The notes below the pieces were generated by a model. The model ran no database searches. It had not been told where the DNA came from and was given only the letters and a program-made list of their open reading frames with translations. A stretch of DNA of 64,000 bases, from assembly GCA_965140415.1 (NCBI GenBank), contig OZ223209.1, positions 3,584,001 to 3,648,000 on the forward strand. Direction: 5' to 3'. Shown here piece by piece: positions 21,018-30,521 of the stretch (its first letter is position 1; the number at the start of each line of letters is the position of its first letter). The DNA is from Myxococcota bacterium (GTDB taxonomy: Bacteria > Myxococcota_A > SURF-8). The translations under genes were made by a program, and so were the position numbers.

Positions 21018-23756
21018 CTATCCTTCAAATGCTTTTCGTACGAGTTCTTCCTGTTCTTTTCGATGCTTCGAGAGCGACCCGACCGCCGGACTAGCAGACG
21101 CGGGACGACTGACCAGGTGTAACGGACGATCCGGGAAATGAGCCGCCAGCAATCCATGCATGAAGTTCCACCCTCCCCTGTTCATCGGTTCTTCCTGCGC
21201 CCAGACCACCGACTTCACGTTTCGATAGCGCCGGGCGATCGGAGCGAAAGCGGCATCGTTAAAGGGATAAAGCTGCTCGATACGAAGGATCGCACTATCG
21301 GTGTCTTTTAGGGTTTCACGATGCTTCACGAGGTCGTAATAAAGCTTACCGCTGGTCAGAATCAAATGCTTCGGACGCTCAGGAGCGTGTGAATCATCCA
21401 AGAATTCCTGAAAACGCCCCTGTGTGAAATCCGAAATCGGCGACAGCGCCGCCGGATGTCTCAACAGGCTTTTAGGAGCCATGATAATCAGAGGACGGCG
21501 GAAAGGACGCATCATCTGGCGTCTGAGCAAATGGAAATATTGCGCCGGAGTGGTGACATTGCACACCTGAAGGTTATTATCCGCACAGGCGGTCAGGTAG
21601 CGTTCCAGATAGGCGTTGGAATGCTCCGGCCCCTGCCCCTCGAAACCATGCGGCAATAACAGCACGAGCCCGCTGCTGCGTTGCCATTTGGATAGCGCCC
21701 CGGCGATAAATTGATCCAGAATCACCTGCGCCCCATTGACGAAATCTCCAAACTGCGCCTCCCAAAGAATCAACATACGCGGCTCGGCCAGTGAATAGCC
21801 GTAATCGAAACCCAAAACCGCCGCCTCGGAAAGCAGACTGTTGTACACGCAGAAATGCGCCTGATCGTTTGAAATGTGATTGAGCGGCTTGTAATGCTGC
21901 TGCGTACGCCCGTCTACCCATACGGCATGCCGCTGTGAAAAGGTACCACGCGCGCTGTCCTGCCCGCTCAAGCGAACGGGAACCCCATCTTTAAGTAAGG
22001 TTCCAAAAGCAAGTTGCTCGGCCAGCGCCCAATCGATTTCTCCCTCCAACTCGATCCGCTCCAACTTGTCCGGCAACTTCTGTGCAATCTTGCGATTGAG
22101 TTGGAATCCATCCGGAATGCCCGTCAGCGCCCGGCCTACGGTCAGCAAATCGGATTTACTTACCGCAGTGTTCACCGGATCGTGTGAGAAAGGATTTTCA
22201 AGCCCTTTCCACAGGCCAGAAAAGGCATGCTGCTCCTGCTCCACCTCACCCTCTTTTGCCAGACCGAAAGCCTCCTTAAGCCGTTTACGGACGTTTTGTT
22301 CCTGCTTCTTCGCTTCCGCTTCAGCTATCACCTCGACTTCAACCAACGAGTTTTCATAAAGCTTTCGAACGGAAGGACGCTTTCGAATCTGCTCGTACAT
22401 CAAAGGCTGCGTAAACGCGGGATCATCGGCCTCGTTGTGGCCGTGGCGTCGATAACAGACCATATCCACGACCACGTCACGCTGGAAACGCTGTCGAAAA
22501 TCAAGCGCCATTTCCATCACGTATACAACCGCTTCAGGATCATCGCCATTCACATGAAAAATCGGCGCTTCGATCATCTTGGCGACATCGGTCGTATACA
22601 CCGAAGAGCGCGCCTCTTCGGGCAGGGCCGTAAATCCGATCTGGTTGTTGATGATGAAATGGATGGTCCCCCCGGTACGGTAGCCAGGCAACTGGGAAAG
22701 ATTCAACGTTTCAGCAACGATGCCCTGACCGGCGAATCCGGCGTCGCCATGAATGATGACAGGAAGCACCGTGCTGCGTCGTTCGGTATCGTTGCGTTGC
22801 CTCTGTTTTGCACGGGCGCGCCCCTCTACCACCGGATTGACAGCCTCTAGGTGAGAAGGGTTGCTTGTCAAACTGAGATGAATCGAGCGCCCATAGCGAT
22901 TCTTGTAATCCGAGCTATAACCGCGATGATACTTGACGTCGCCTGCACCATAGACCGTTTCAGGCATGTAGTTGTCTTCAAATTCGGAAAATATCATCCG
23001 AATCGATTTATTTAGAATATTGGCCAGAAAATTCAGCCGTCCACGATGGGGCATGCCGAAAACGATTTCCGCCACGCCAGCCTCCGGTGCCGCCTCCACC
23101 AGCGCATGCATCGCGGGAATCATCGTTTCCGCGCCTTCCAGCGAGAAACGTTTCTGACCGGGGTAGTGAGTGTGAAGGAAATTCTCGAACAATTCGGCAT
23201 CCGTCAGGTTTTTCAGGATTCCCAGCCTCTTGTCGGTATCGAATTCAGGCCGGTTTCGAGTTCCTTCCATGCGTTGCTGTAACCAGTTCTTGATTTCCCG
23301 GTCCTGTATGTGCATGTATTCCACACCGATGTGCCCGCAATAAGTCTGCTGCAAGACATCCAAAATATCCTGCAATGGCGCGCGACTGGGAGCCACAAGC
23401 GTCCCGGTATTGAACACCTGATCCAAATCGGAGGAAGAAAATCCGAAATCGCTCGGCTCCAGGTTCGTTTGCGCGATCGGAACGTCTGAAAGGGGATTCT
23501 GCTTCGCCAGCAGGTGCCCTTCACAACGATAGGCGGCAATCAGGGCGTTGATCTGAGACTGCTTTTCCGCCTGCTCGGCGGCCACACACTTATGGGGACA
23601 CATCGCCAGTTCGAATCCCTGGAAAAAGATCCGCCAGGATTCCGGCAGCGCATCTGGATTTTGTTGATAGATTTCGTACAGCTCTTCTATGTAATCGGCA
23701 TTGCGAAAGGCAGAAGCGACAGAAGGCAAACGATTGGATGGATGATCGACGGACAA
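21018..23756 (-). CDS. sucA: 2-oxoglutarate dehydrogenase E1
   Basis: TTG start after AAGGAG; KRFSLEG, GMPHRGRLN, GDVKYH, NPSHLE, HGDAGFAGQG, WEAQFGDF, GPEHS. Confidence 0.97.
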   Translation of the reverse strand: MSVDHPSNRLPSVASAFRNADYIEELYEIYQQNPDALPESWRIFFQGFELAMCPHKCVAAEQAEKQSQINALIAAYRCEGHLLAKQNPLSDVPIAQTNLEPSDFGFSSSDLDQVFNTGTLVAPSRAPLQDILDVLQQTYCGHIGVEYMHIQDREIKNWLQQRMEGTRNRPEFDTDKRLGILKNLTDAELFENFLHTHYPGQKRFSLEGAETMIPAMHALVEAAPEAGVAEIVFGMPHRGRLNFLANILNKSIRMIFSEFEDNYMPETVYGAGDVKYHRGYSSDYKNRYGRSIHLSLTSNPSHLEAVNPVVEGRARAKQRQRNDTERRSTVLPVIIHGDAGFAGQGIVAETLNLSQLPGYRTGGTIHFIINNQIGFTALPEEARSSVYTTDVAKMIEAPIFHVNGDDPEAVVYVMEMALDFRQRFQRDVVVDMVCYRRHGHNEADDPAFTQPLMYEQIRKRPSVRKLYENSLVEVEVIAEAEAKKQEQNVRKRLKEAFGLAKEGEVEQEQHAFSGLWKGLENPFSHDPVNTAVSKSDLLTVGRALTGIPDGFQLNRKIAQKLPDKLERIELEGEIDWALAEQLAFGTLLKDGVPVRLSGQDSARGTFSQRHAVWVDGRTQQHYKPLNHISNDQAHFCVYNSLLSEAAVLGFDYGYSLAEPRMLILWEAQFGDFVNGAQVILDQFIAGALSKWQRSSGLVLLLPHGFEGQGPEHSNAYLERYLTACADNNLQVCNVTTPAQYFHLLRRQMMRPFRRPLIIMAPKSLLRHPAALSPISDFTQGRFQEFLDDSHAPERPKHLILTSGKLYYDLVKHRETLKDTDSAILRIEQLYPFNDAAFAPIARRYRNVKSVVWAQEEPMNRGGWNFMHGLLAAHFPDRPLHLVSRPASASPAVGSLSKHRKEQEELVRKAFEG

Positions 23757-23966
23757 GGCAATTCTCCTTTGATGGGAACCGTGCTATAACCCAGTCGATG
23801 AGCCGGGACTTTTACATTGGAGGGAATACGATAGGCGGGTTATTCCAACTTCCGCTTGAAAAACGGGAACTTGTACATCAGATCACAAGCTAGAGAGAAC
23901 TGCCAAGTATGAAAGCGCATCCGTTTTATATAGGCAGATGAAACAGTACGGAAATAACTTTCCCTG

Positions 23967-24896
23967 TTACAGTTCGATTTCCAACTTGGAGATGGTATCT
24001 TCTACTAATGCGGCGGATTTTCGAAGCTGCTCCACCCAACGATCGGCGATAGGGATTTCGAATACTTTCACGATGCCTTCTTTTCCCAGCAGCGCCGGAA
24101 CACCCATGAAATAACCCTTGATGCCGTACTCGCCGCGCAGATAGGCAGCAACCGGCAGAATACGTCGCTGATCCTTGATAATACTCTGAACCATTTCTAC
24201 CACCGAGGCCGCAGGGGCATAAAACGCGCTGCCGGTTTTCAGGTGTCCAACAATTTCCCCGCCGCCCTGGCGTGTACGCACCACAATCTCTTCCAGTCGT
24301 TTGGGCTCGATCAATTCCGGAACTGGAATTCCATGAACGACCGAATATTCCGGCAAAGGCACCATCTCGTCACCATGGCCACCCAGCACCAGCGATTGCA
24401 CCTCCTGCGGGGAGACATTCAACTCCTGAGCGATGAACGTGCGGAAACGAGTGGAATCCAGCACGCCCGCCATCCCCATCACACGCCGAATGCCGAAACC
24501 GGTGATTTTCCAAGCTACGTAAGTCATAATGTCCAACGGATTGGTAACCACGATCACAATGGCATTAGGAGCATACGTGGCGATGTTCTCGGACACACTT
24601 TTAATGATTCCTGCGTTTTTATTCAGCAAATCTTCACGGGTCATTCCCGGTTTGCGAGGCAATCCGGCAGTCACGACAACCACATCGGAGCCTTCCATTG
24701 CGGCATATTCATTCGCGCCGACGACCATGACATGATGATCGCCCAATGCCTCGCAATGCATGGCGTCCAAAGCCTTGGCCTGCGGCATACCCTGCTGAAT
24801 ATCGATCATGACCACATCGGCCAGGTTGCGCTCGGCAATATAATACGTGGCGGTGGCGCCGACGTTTCCACTTCCAACTATGGTGACTTTTGGCAT
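23967..24896 (-). CDS. mdh: Malate dehydrogenase (LDH-like type)
   Basis: ATG 24896 after GGAGG; GSGNVG, PRKPGMTREDL, VTNPLD, GVLDSTR, GGHGD, LKTGSAFYAPA. Confidence 0.95.
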   Translation of the reverse strand: MPKVTIVGSGNVGATATYYIAERNLADVVMIDIQQGMPQAKALDAMHCEALGDHHVMVVGANEYAAMEGSDVVVVTAGLPRKPGMTREDLLNKNAGIIKSVSENIATYAPNAIVIVVTNPLDIMTYVAWKITGFGIRRVMGMAGVLDSTRFRTFIAQELNVSPQEVQSLVLGGHGDEMVPLPEYSVVHGIPVPELIEPKRLEEIVVRTRQGGGEIVGHLKTGSAFYAPAASVVEMVQSIIKDQRRILPVAAYLRGEYGIKGYFMGVPALLGKEGIVKVFEIPIADRWVEQLRKSAALVEDTISKLEIEL

Positions 24897-24912
24897 GGGT
24901 TGGGCCTCCGAC

Positions 24913-25839
24913 TTAAACGATTTCAGATAAATACGGTGCATAGCGCTCCATAGAGCGCTGTAATGCCTGCCGCTGCTGTTCTGTCAATTCCAGCGGATAA
25001 ATCTGCTGAATGCCATTTCTGCCAATGCGAACCGGAAGACTAAGGCAAGCATTTTCAAGCCCGTATTCTCCCTGCAACTGTACCGAAACGGAATAGATGC
25101 GATTGGAATCATTCGCGATGGCGTCCGCCAGCAATCCCGCAGCCGCACCCGGCGTATAAAAGCTGCCTTGTATCTTTGCCAGATCTACAATCTGACTGCC
25201 TGCGGAAACCGTTTGACTGAAAAGCTGATCGATTTTAGTACGAGAAAGAAACTGGCTAAGCGGCAATCCGGAAACACGACAGTAATGCTCCAGAATCACC
25301 ATGTCATCATCGTGAGAACCAATGACCATCGCATTAATGTCTGTGGTGCTTACATTCAGTTCGCGTGCGATAAAATGTTTCAATCGCGCACTCGACAAAA
25401 CACCGCCCACACCCATGACTCTTTCTCTTGACCACCCCGTATATTTCAGCAAAGCAGCAGTCATCAAGTCGACAGGCTCAGTCAATACGATTGCCAAAGG
25501 AGGATTCGTTGAGCGACATCCATCTTTCAACGAATTTGCGACCTCTTTGATAATCGGTAAATTCTGCTTGAAAAGATCGAGCCGATTCATGGAGGACTTC
25601 CTTGGATGACCGGCAGCGATGATGAACAGGTCGCGATCAAGAAGATCCGAGAACTGATCCGTTCCTTCAATACGGCGATCGTAACGCCGTAAAGGCGCCG
25701 CTTCGACCAGATCCAGGGCTTTACCTTTGGCACGTCCCTCCACTACGTCATAGAGCAGCACTTCTCCCGAGCCATGCTCCGCAATGGAAAAAGCCGTGGT
25801 GATCCCCACATTCCCGCTACCGATGATTCCAATTTTCAT
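24913..25839 (-). CDS. Divergent malate dehydrogenase-like paralog with a degenerate active site
   Basis: ATG 25839 after AGGGAG; GSGNVG, PRKSSMNRLDL and GSHDD retained; LTEPVD replaces VTNPLD and GVLSSAR replaces GVLDSTR. Confidence 0.85.
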   Translation of the reverse strand: MKIGIIGSGNVGITTAFSIAEHGSGEVLLYDVVEGRAKGKALDLVEAAPLRRYDRRIEGTDQFSDLLDRDLFIIAAGHPRKSSMNRLDLFKQNLPIIKEVANSLKDGCRSTNPPLAIVLTEPVDLMTAALLKYTGWSRERVMGVGGVLSSARLKHFIARELNVSTTDINAMVIGSHDDDMVILEHYCRVSGLPLSQFLSRTKIDQLFSQTVSAGSQIVDLAKIQGSFYTPGAAAGLLADAIANDSNRIYSVSVQLQGEYGLENACLSLPVRIGRNGIQQIYPLELTEQQRQALQRSMERYAPYLSEIV

Positions 25840-26204
25840 CAGTCGCTCCCTTGCTTTGAAGTTCGATAGTTTCAATCCGTTTACAGTTATTGGAAATCGT
25901 GACAAATCGTGTTAGCATGCGCGCGTTGTCGAAAGCTGAACGATTCGGGGTGCACTGGAAAAAGTCCATTGGTTTTTCTCTTATGAGAAAGAAGCAACCC
26001 CGGAATTTCATGTCACGATTCCGTTCACCTTTTCGAAATAGACAGATGCCTAAAACGCATCAATCATTCCAAAGAAACGTTTTCCGGGTTTGCCAATACG
26101 TTCTTTTGGAAAAGGAAACGAAACTCACTTAATGAAAACTGGCATTTAGAAAGAAATTTGACAACACGAAAATCCTATAATTTCTATTACTTGGGAGGTT
26201 ATCT

Positions 26205-27443
26205 ATGAATTCCAATCGTCTGCAACCGCCTGCCGGTGGAAATAAAATTACATATAACAATGGCCGCTTGACCGTCCCGAACGATCCGATCATTCCCTTT
26301 ATCGAAGGTGACGGCATCGGCGTTGACATCACTCCCGCGATGCGCCGCGTAGTCGATGCGGCGGTAAAGACCGCCAGCGGCGATACAAAACAGATTCACT
26401 GGTGGCAGATTCCGGCTGGAGAAATGGCCAAAGAGCAGTTCGACGAATGGCTACCGCAAGAAACCTACGACGCCATTCGAGACTACCACGTGGCGATCAA
26501 GGGACCGATGACGACCCCGATCGGCGGCGGTATCCGTTCGTTAAACGTCGCATTGCGTCAGGATCTCGATTTATACGCCTGCGTTCGTCCCGTACGCTGG
26601 TTCGAAGGCGTCCCGGCTCCAGTTAAACGTCCACAAGACCTTAACGTGGTTATTTTCCGCGAAAATACGGAAGACACCTATTTGGGTATCGAATTCAGAA
26701 GCGGAAGCGGAGAAGCAGAAAAACTGACACACCTGTTAAATGAAATCGGCTCGAAGGAAATCCCGGAGGGAAGCGCCATCGGCATCAAGCCGATCTCCAA
26801 GCATGGAACGGAGCGTATCTGTAAGCAGGCCATCGATTACGCCATCCAAAAAGGACTGCCTTCCATTACGATTGTCCACAAGGGCAACATCATGAAATAC
26901 ACCGAAGGCGCGTTTCGTGATTGGGCTTATGAGTTTTACAAGGATCACTATCGCGATCAGATCGTAACAGAGGAAGAAACCTGGCAGGGAACCAGCACCG
27001 AAGGCAAGATCATCGTCAAAGATCGCATTGCCGATGCCATGTTCCAGCAGGTGTTATTGCGACCGGATGAATATAGTGTGATTGTCACCATGAATCTGAA
27101 TGGTGACTATATCTCCGACGCCTGCGCCGCCCAGGTCGGTGGATTGGGAATGGCTCCGGGAGCGAATATCGGCGACGGCATCGGCCTGTTCGAAGCGACA
27201 CACGGCACGGCCCCAAAGTATGCAGGACAGGATAAGGTCAATCCCGGATCGATCATCCTCTCGGCGTGCCTGATGCTGGAATATATGGGATGGCAAGACG
27301 CAGCGGAGTTGATATACGCCGCGATATCGAAAACCATCAAAGATAAAACCGTAACGTACGACCTCGAACGCCAGATGGAAGGTGCGACATTACTTGGCAC
27401 TTCCGCCTTTGCGGATGCGATTATTGCCAACCTAAAAAGCTGA
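26205..27443 (+). CDS. icd: Isocitrate dehydrogenase, NADP-type, homodimeric prokaryotic class
   Basis: [53 protein letters not shown]. Confidence 0.97.
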   Translation: MNSNRLQPPAGGNKITYNNGRLTVPNDPIIPFIEGDGIGVDITPAMRRVVDAAVKTASGDTKQIHWWQIPAGEMAKEQFDEWLPQETYDAIRDYHVAIKGPMTTPIGGGIRSLNVALRQDLDLYACVRPVRWFEGVPAPVKRPQDLNVVIFRENTEDTYLGIEFRSGSGEAEKLTHLLNEIGSKEIPEGSAIGIKPISKHGTERICKQAIDYAIQKGLPSITIVHKGNIMKYTEGAFRDWAYEFYKDHYRDQIVTEEETWQGTSTEGKIIVKDRIADAMFQQVLLRPDEYSVIVTMNLNGDYISDACAAQVGGLGMAPGANIGDGIGLFEATHGTAPKYAGQDKVNPGSIILSACLMLEYMGWQDAAELIYAAISKTIKDKTVTYDLERQMEGATLLGTSAFADAIIANLKS

Positions 27444-27463
27444 AAAGCCGCTTTAATCGCAAT

Positions 27464-29260
27464 TTAGCTCTGTGCGGATTCGGGAAGTTCGGTGAGCAGA
27501 TGAATCGTAAAGGTGCTTCCTTTGCCTAATTCGCTTTGTACTTCGATACTTCCATTATGAGCGCTCACAATATGCTTGACGATGGCCAGCCCCAACCCGG
27601 TGCCGCCCATCTTCCTACTGCGAGCCTTGTCAACACGATAGAAACGTTCGAAAATACGAGCTAACGTCTCTTGAGGAATACCGAAACCGGAATCAATTAC
27701 CTGAATGCATACGCCTCCGGGTTCTTGGGTACAGGCAATGCGAATGTGACCTTGCTCTTCACTGTATTTGATCGCATTGTCTACCAGATTTACCAGGGCC
27801 TGCTCAAGTAGCTGTGGGTTGATCATGGCAACCAAATCGTCGGAACAATCCACCTGCAAATCAATTTGTTTTGCCTGCGCCTTGGGACTACAGAGTACCA
27901 TTGAGTTTACGATGACATCTTTCAGCGGTCCGGATTCCAGTTGGATGCGCGAAGCTTCGGCGTTCTGCTCGATTCGCGCCAAGGCCAGAAGATCTTCGAT
28001 AATGGCATTCAAACGGTCGGAATGACGGGAAATAATTTCCAAAAAGCGCTTGGCTTTGTCCGGCTCGTCAATCGCGCCCTCTCGCAACGTTTCCACAAAG
28101 CCTTTAATCGATGTGATCGGCGTTTTCAGTTCATGTGAAACATTGGCAGCAAAGTCTTTGCGAACATTCTCCAACTGTTTCATGCGGGTGACATCATGAA
28201 GGACGATCAAGGCGCCCGTGCGTTGATGAGTGGCATTGCGAATGGTGGTGCCATGCATTTGCAAATAACGTTCGCTGCCATCGTCGAGAACGATTTCTCC
28301 TTCCACGAAACTGTCGCTGTCCAGTGCGCTGCGAACGAACTGGTGGATTTCGCGATTGTCCGTGATCTCCCAGATCGGTCGGCTATTGGCTTTTAGCGGC
28401 GTAACTCCCAGCATATTTGCGGCGGCTTCATTGAAGCGTAGAATGTTGCCCTGCAAATCAATAACCAGAATCGCCTCGATCATACTCGCCAGCATGACTT
28501 CCAACTCGTTACGCTGCTCGGTGATCATGCGGAAGCGCTCTTCCAACTGTTCAGCCATCAGGTTCATCGTGTTGGCTAATGCACCGATCTCCAGCGACCC
28601 GGAAATTTGCAGCCGGTAGGAGAGATCTCCCATGGCAAAACGCTCCGCCCCGGCTCTAACATCCAAAATCGGCCTTCCGATGCGCTTGGATACCCACAAG
28701 CTGACCAGCGCAGATAGCAGAGCGATAATCACCCCACCTATCGCAATGCGTTTTAAAATCGTACGTAATGCCTGATCGATATCCGCAGAGGGCATCGACG
28801 CTCGCAGTACGCCGATGACTTCGCCATTCTTGGTTACCGGCAAAGCAACATAAAGCATGTCCTTTTGCAACGTCGCGCTGAAGCGGGTTGACGTTCCTGC
28901 AAGCCCCTTAAAAGCCTGAATGATTTCCGGGCGGTTGGCGTGGTTGTCCATTCGTTCGGGTTCTTCTTCCGAATCTCCAATTACCTTGCCATCAGGCAAG
29001 ATCACGGTAAGTCGCGTGGTCGCGATCGATCCGAAACGCTTGCAGGCGGCATTGATATCATAGGATTCATGCTGAAGAAGCTTTTCTTCCAGCATGTTTT
29101 GGATCAAATAGGCGCGTGTCTCCAACTCCTTACGAGTATGATCCATATAAAAAGATTTAATGGAACTTGAGGCGTACCAGGAGATGGCAAGTAATGAAAA
29201 CAACACCATCAACAGATAAGATGGATAAAGTTGCCAGAGCAGAGGCCGACGTGTGGCCAT
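27464..29260 (-). CDS. phoR: PhoR-like sensor histidine kinase (HAMP, PAS, HisKA, HATPase)
   Basis: MDNHANRPEI, DFAANVSHELKTPIT, NLVDNAIKY, FERFYRVDKARSRKMGGTGLGL. Confidence 0.9.
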   Translation of the reverse strand: MATRRPLLWQLYPSYLLMVLFSLLAISWYASSSIKSFYMDHTRKELETRAYLIQNMLEEKLLQHESYDINAACKRFGSIATTRLTVILPDGKVIGDSEEEPERMDNHANRPEIIQAFKGLAGTSTRFSATLQKDMLYVALPVTKNGEVIGVLRASMPSADIDQALRTILKRIAIGGVIIALLSALVSLWVSKRIGRPILDVRAGAERFAMGDLSYRLQISGSLEIGALANTMNLMAEQLEERFRMITEQRNELEVMLASMIEAILVIDLQGNILRFNEAAANMLGVTPLKANSRPIWEITDNREIHQFVRSALDSDSFVEGEIVLDDGSERYLQMHGTTIRNATHQRTGALIVLHDVTRMKQLENVRKDFAANVSHELKTPITSIKGFVETLREGAIDEPDKAKRFLEIISRHSDRLNAIIEDLLALARIEQNAEASRIQLESGPLKDVIVNSMVLCSPKAQAKQIDLQVDCSDDLVAMINPQLLEQALVNLVDNAIKYSEEQGHIRIACTQEPGGVCIQVIDSGFGIPQETLARIFERFYRVDKARSRKMGGTGLGLAIVKHIVSAHNGSIEVQSELGKGSTFTIHLLTELPESAQS

Positions 29261-29263
29261 AGT

Positions 29264-29950
29264 CTATTCCTTGAAGCGATAGCCGACCCCACGGACGGTT
29301 TCTATATATGTGCCCGCATTTCCAAGTTTTTTCCTGAGCGCCACGATCTGCACATCAACCGAACGATTGGTCACGGGGTAGTCATCACCCTTGACGGCTT
29401 CGATTATCTGATTGCGCGTAAATACCCAACCTGGACGACGAGCCAGAAAGGAAAGGATACCGAATTCCGTTGCAGTCAAATCAACACCTTGATTTGCCAC
29501 CAACACTTCATGCCGTTGAGGATTGATGCGCAAATCGTGAATAGCGACATTAGAGAAATCCTCATTGGCAGGCGAACTTCCACGCCGCAGGACCGCCCGC
29601 AAGCGAGCGATTAGCACGCGAGGACTGAATGGTTTTACGACATAGTCATCTGCACCGACTTCCAGACCGGAAACGATGTCGGCATCTTCACCTTTGGCCG
29701 TTAGCATGATGATCGGAATGGCGGAAGTCGCCTGATCGGTTTTCAACTTGCGGCAGACCTCAAGACCATCAATGCCCGGCAACATCAAATCGAGCACGAT
29801 CACATCCGGGTTCAGGCTCTTGGCTGCCTGGCAGGCCGCCTCCCCACTGCTGACGCAATCGACTTTGTATCCTTCTTTGGAAAGATTGTAATCCAACAGT
29901 TCGAGAATGTCTTCTTCATCATCTACAACCAGAATTTTCTCTTTGGACAT
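29264..29950 (-). CDS. phoB: PhoB/PhoP-like OmpR-family response regulator
   Basis: ATG 29950 after AGGAG; VVDDE, LDLMLP, LTAKGE, GADDYVVKPF, RSVDVQI, IETVRGVGY. Confidence 0.88.
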   Translation of the reverse strand: MSKEKILVVDDEEDILELLDYNLSKEGYKVDCVSSGEAACQAAKSLNPDVIVLDLMLPGIDGLEVCRKLKTDQATSAIPIIMLTAKGEDADIVSGLEVGADDYVVKPFSPRVLIARLRAVLRRGSSPANEDFSNVAIHDLRINPQRHEVLVANQGVDLTATEFGILSFLARRPGWVFTRNQIIEAVKGDDYPVTNRSVDVQIVALRKKLGNAGTYIETVRGVGYRFKE

Positions 29951-29993
29951 TGGCGCTTCTCCTAAGCGATTAAGGAACAATCTACTGCTTTGG

Positions 29994-30037
29994 AAACTAC
30001 GACCGGATTGTTAGCATTTTATTAGCGTTTGGTTAGA
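29994..30037 (-). promoter_or_regulatory. Pho-box-like triple direct repeat plus -10 element upstream of phoB
   Basis: Minus strand reads TCTAACC-aaac-GCTAATA-aaat-GCTAACA-N9-TAGTTT, with 11-bp periodicity. Confidence 0.65.
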
Positions 30038-30281
30038 ATGCCTACAATTCCAACACAGCAGATCTCCCTCTCTGTACCGCCGTATGACGCTGAAAACTGT
30101 CGAACATGCTAGCACGATTTCGAACACTTGACAATCTAAGCATAACCATAGTGCGAACAGGGAAGAAAACAGGCCTTAAATCGATCTCTAAAATCAGATC
30201 GAAATTCACGTACGTTTTGCATTGGATTGGCAGCAGCGAAAAGGCTCTGCCAGCACAAGATAGCCAGCAAAGGAGTATTTC

Positions 30282-30437
30282 ATGGAGAAAAAGGCAGGAA
30301 AAGAAAGCACGAAAAAAGGAAAACTGGTGATGTGCCCGACCTGCCGGATGGTCATACCACTGGACAGCGAAACCGAAAAAGCACATCGCTGTTACGAGGC
30401 TTGTGAAATTCTGGAAAAGCCCAAACGAAACAAATAA
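30282..30437 (+). CDS. Small basic zinc-finger-like protein (51 aa)
   Basis: AAAGGAG 6 nt before ATG; MEKKAGKESTKKGKLVMCPTCRMVIPLDSETEKAHRCYEACEILEKPKRNK*; shorter than any ORF in the track. Confidence 0.65.
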   Translation: MEKKAGKESTKKGKLVMCPTCRMVIPLDSETEKAHRCYEACEILEKPKRNK

Positions 30438-30521
30438 ACAACCATTGCCGATACATCCAAGTATTGGCAATAGAGTCAACTAGTTTGCGCCATCTGTTGA
30501 CAGCAGAAGTTGATCGACTGC

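Noticed and set aside
26158-26181. Perfect TTGACA and TATAAT upstream of icd
   Set aside because: The spacer is only 12 nt, so they cannot be called one sigma70 promoter.
30042-30479. 145-aa minus-strand and 74-aa plus-strand ORFs in the phoB upstream gap
   Set aside because: No RBS or motifs; they are better explained as shadows of the 51-aa sORF at 30282-30437.
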